Shown: positions 62,259 to 64,000 of the stretch, piece by piece
Numbering within the stretch: the stretch's first letter is position 1
How the letters are laid out: every line of letters begins with the position of its first letter
Source of the DNA: Paragordius varius
Taxonomy: Eukaryota; Animalia; Nematomorpha
Assembly: GCA_964247055.1 (NCBI GenBank)
Contig: OZ176051.1
Location: forward strand, 3,658,001-3,722,000
Reading direction: 5' to 3'
DNA: 64,000 bases
Position numbers and translations under genes: made by a program
The notes under the pieces: generated by a model
Database searches by the model: none
The model's input: the letters and a program-made list of their open reading frames with translations, nothing else
What the model was told of the DNA's origin: nothing

Positions 62259-63304
62259 ATATTCCCCAACATATTCGGCGTGCGCCTGATTTATTTAAAT
62301 ATCCATCAGCTAAAACCCAAACATTATCACCTCACTTTCGTCATTTAACGAAGCGGTTTGCCCGAGCTTTCAAACGATTTGTTAAAGCCAATTCATACAA
62401 TTTAGTTGGAAAACGTGCGTCAATTTTGTACAATAAGTTTGCGGCTGCTAAAATGAATGTTTTAACCAGCGGTGAAAATAATTCAGGCTTTTCATATATG
62501 TATAACGGCGCCCAATACAGTAATGAAAGACAAACGTCTCAATTTCATTCTACGACAAATAATAATTTTGGTAACAATCACTATCCAACATACCCAAATT
62601 CCGCCAATTCTAACTTTCCTACGCTACAAAATCAATATTCTACCCAGCCGAATGCATACGATGCCATGGGGTTTTACGATTCAAATTATCATAATAACTC
62701 AAATTTTAATAATTCTTCAAACATGCCTACTCCCCCCGTTCCTTCCTATCAAAATCAGAGATATTATGGTGGTTCTTTTGTTAAATCTGGATATAACAAC
62801 AATCTAAATAATAGTTATCAAGCTACACCTAAATCGAGTTATAATTTTTGATTCAATTATAATTATTTTTTGTTTTTATTGTTTTAGGTGGTTAATTAAT
62901 GATTTATTTAAATCCAATTTGACTTTTTTATTTAAGATCGATTAGGCTCACATTTTACAACCAGAACCGGACAATATTTTTTTCTTTGAAATATGGTAAG
63001 AATTTTATAAATAATCTTTAAAGTTTTGTATATGCCGATAGCGTAGATTAATCAAAAATATATGTTTATATAACGATATCCATATCTTAAACATGATATT
63101 CAAATGCTTTTTATAGGCGCACTAATCAACAATTCTTCCCTAATTCAATTAACGAACCCAGGTCCAAAAAACGGTCCTGACGGAGTTCCAGAATACACTA
63201 TTAATGATCCAGTTTTTAAGGCTTTGAATGACGAAGTTGTTAAGCGACTTGTTCCAAACACCGCTGGTTTTGGTTTCAACAATGATAAATCCTCTATGGG
63301 CAAG
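62259..63304 (+). CDS. Exons of an unidentified gene or genes (62259-62851 Asn/Tyr-rich; 62937-62995; 63117-63304), probably continuing beyond the modelled region
   Basis: A long open frame follows a TTTAG acceptor, and 62937-62995 joins 63117-63304 in phase (SIRLTFYNQ..KYGALINNSSL..). The link from the large exon to 62937 is unresolved and no homology was recognised. Confidence 0.5.
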
Positions 63305-64000
63305 GTTAAATTATCGCGACAGGAGAAAACGCAGTATGAAAAATACATATTTTATAAAAAAAATTAGTTTAATTTTGAAATTAAAAGGATTTTTTTTCTA
63401 AATTTTTTTTAAAAAACTTGTGTGCCTTACCAATATATAAGAATTTTATTCGCTATTAATCTATATATTATTTTTAGCTAATATAGGGGCTCCATAAGAC
63501 ATATAAACCGTTAAGTTTGTTGAAAAATGCTTTCTACTTTTAACGATTATAACTTAAAAACGAAAAGGTGGATGATTATCAGCATAAGCTAATTAGTTAA
63601 AAGGGCTGTTTATTTAAAAAAATCTTGCTGTGGGTTTACAACTGTATTAAATACTTTATTGGTTTCCATGAAATGTTTAAAATTAAAAAATTAATGGATT
63701 TTTTGTCATTTGTCGAAATATTACTCTTGAGGGTGTAAAATAAAGATGCATTTAAATGGATTAGTTAGCTGGCAAATAAACATACCTTGAGCACAATATA
63801 CCTCAATGTTTGTTAAATAAAAGATAACACGCAAAAAGTTTTGATCTAACATCTTTAAATATTACAACCACAAACGCTGGAATTTTCTTCAAAAAAAAAA
63901 CAGAAAGTTGCAGTTAAAACAATCCTAATTAACCATCTAAAAAATCTAAATATTACCTTGGTCATGAAGGTAGGCTTCTAAGGGTGATATATTAATGTTT

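Overview
Very AT-rich, intron-containing eukaryotic DNA, almost certainly metazoan (a cuticlin-like ZP protein and rhodopsin-like 7TM receptors point to an invertebrate, possibly an ecdysozoan; this is inference only). I reconstructed spliced gene models by hand with consistent exon phases for PISD, a bare TDRD3/RMI1-type OB-fold protein, ASCC1, a ZP-domain cuticle protein, ITPA, a C22orf39-like protein, a DHRS11-like SDR and a small orphan gene. There are also three intronless ORFs (two divergent 7TM paralogs and an RPAP3-like TPR protein) and an unidentified gene near the right edge. The rest is a transposon graveyard: a Penelope-like inverted repeat, Helitrons, piggyBac-, Harbinger- and hAT-type MITEs, a hAT-Blackjack relic, mariner relics, and a tandem plus inverted repeat complex. 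The most striking signal is a class of ultra-short GT-AG introns (about 21-32 nt, one possibly 15 nt) needed to restore conserved reading frames, sitting next to kb-scale TE-filled introns. Other oddities are extremely tight gene packing (26 bp between divergent ATGs, 65 bp between tandem genes), housekeeping enzymes inflated by large low-complexity insertions, and a hammerhead-like core with a compensatory U3-A8 pair. All models were built by eye without database searches.
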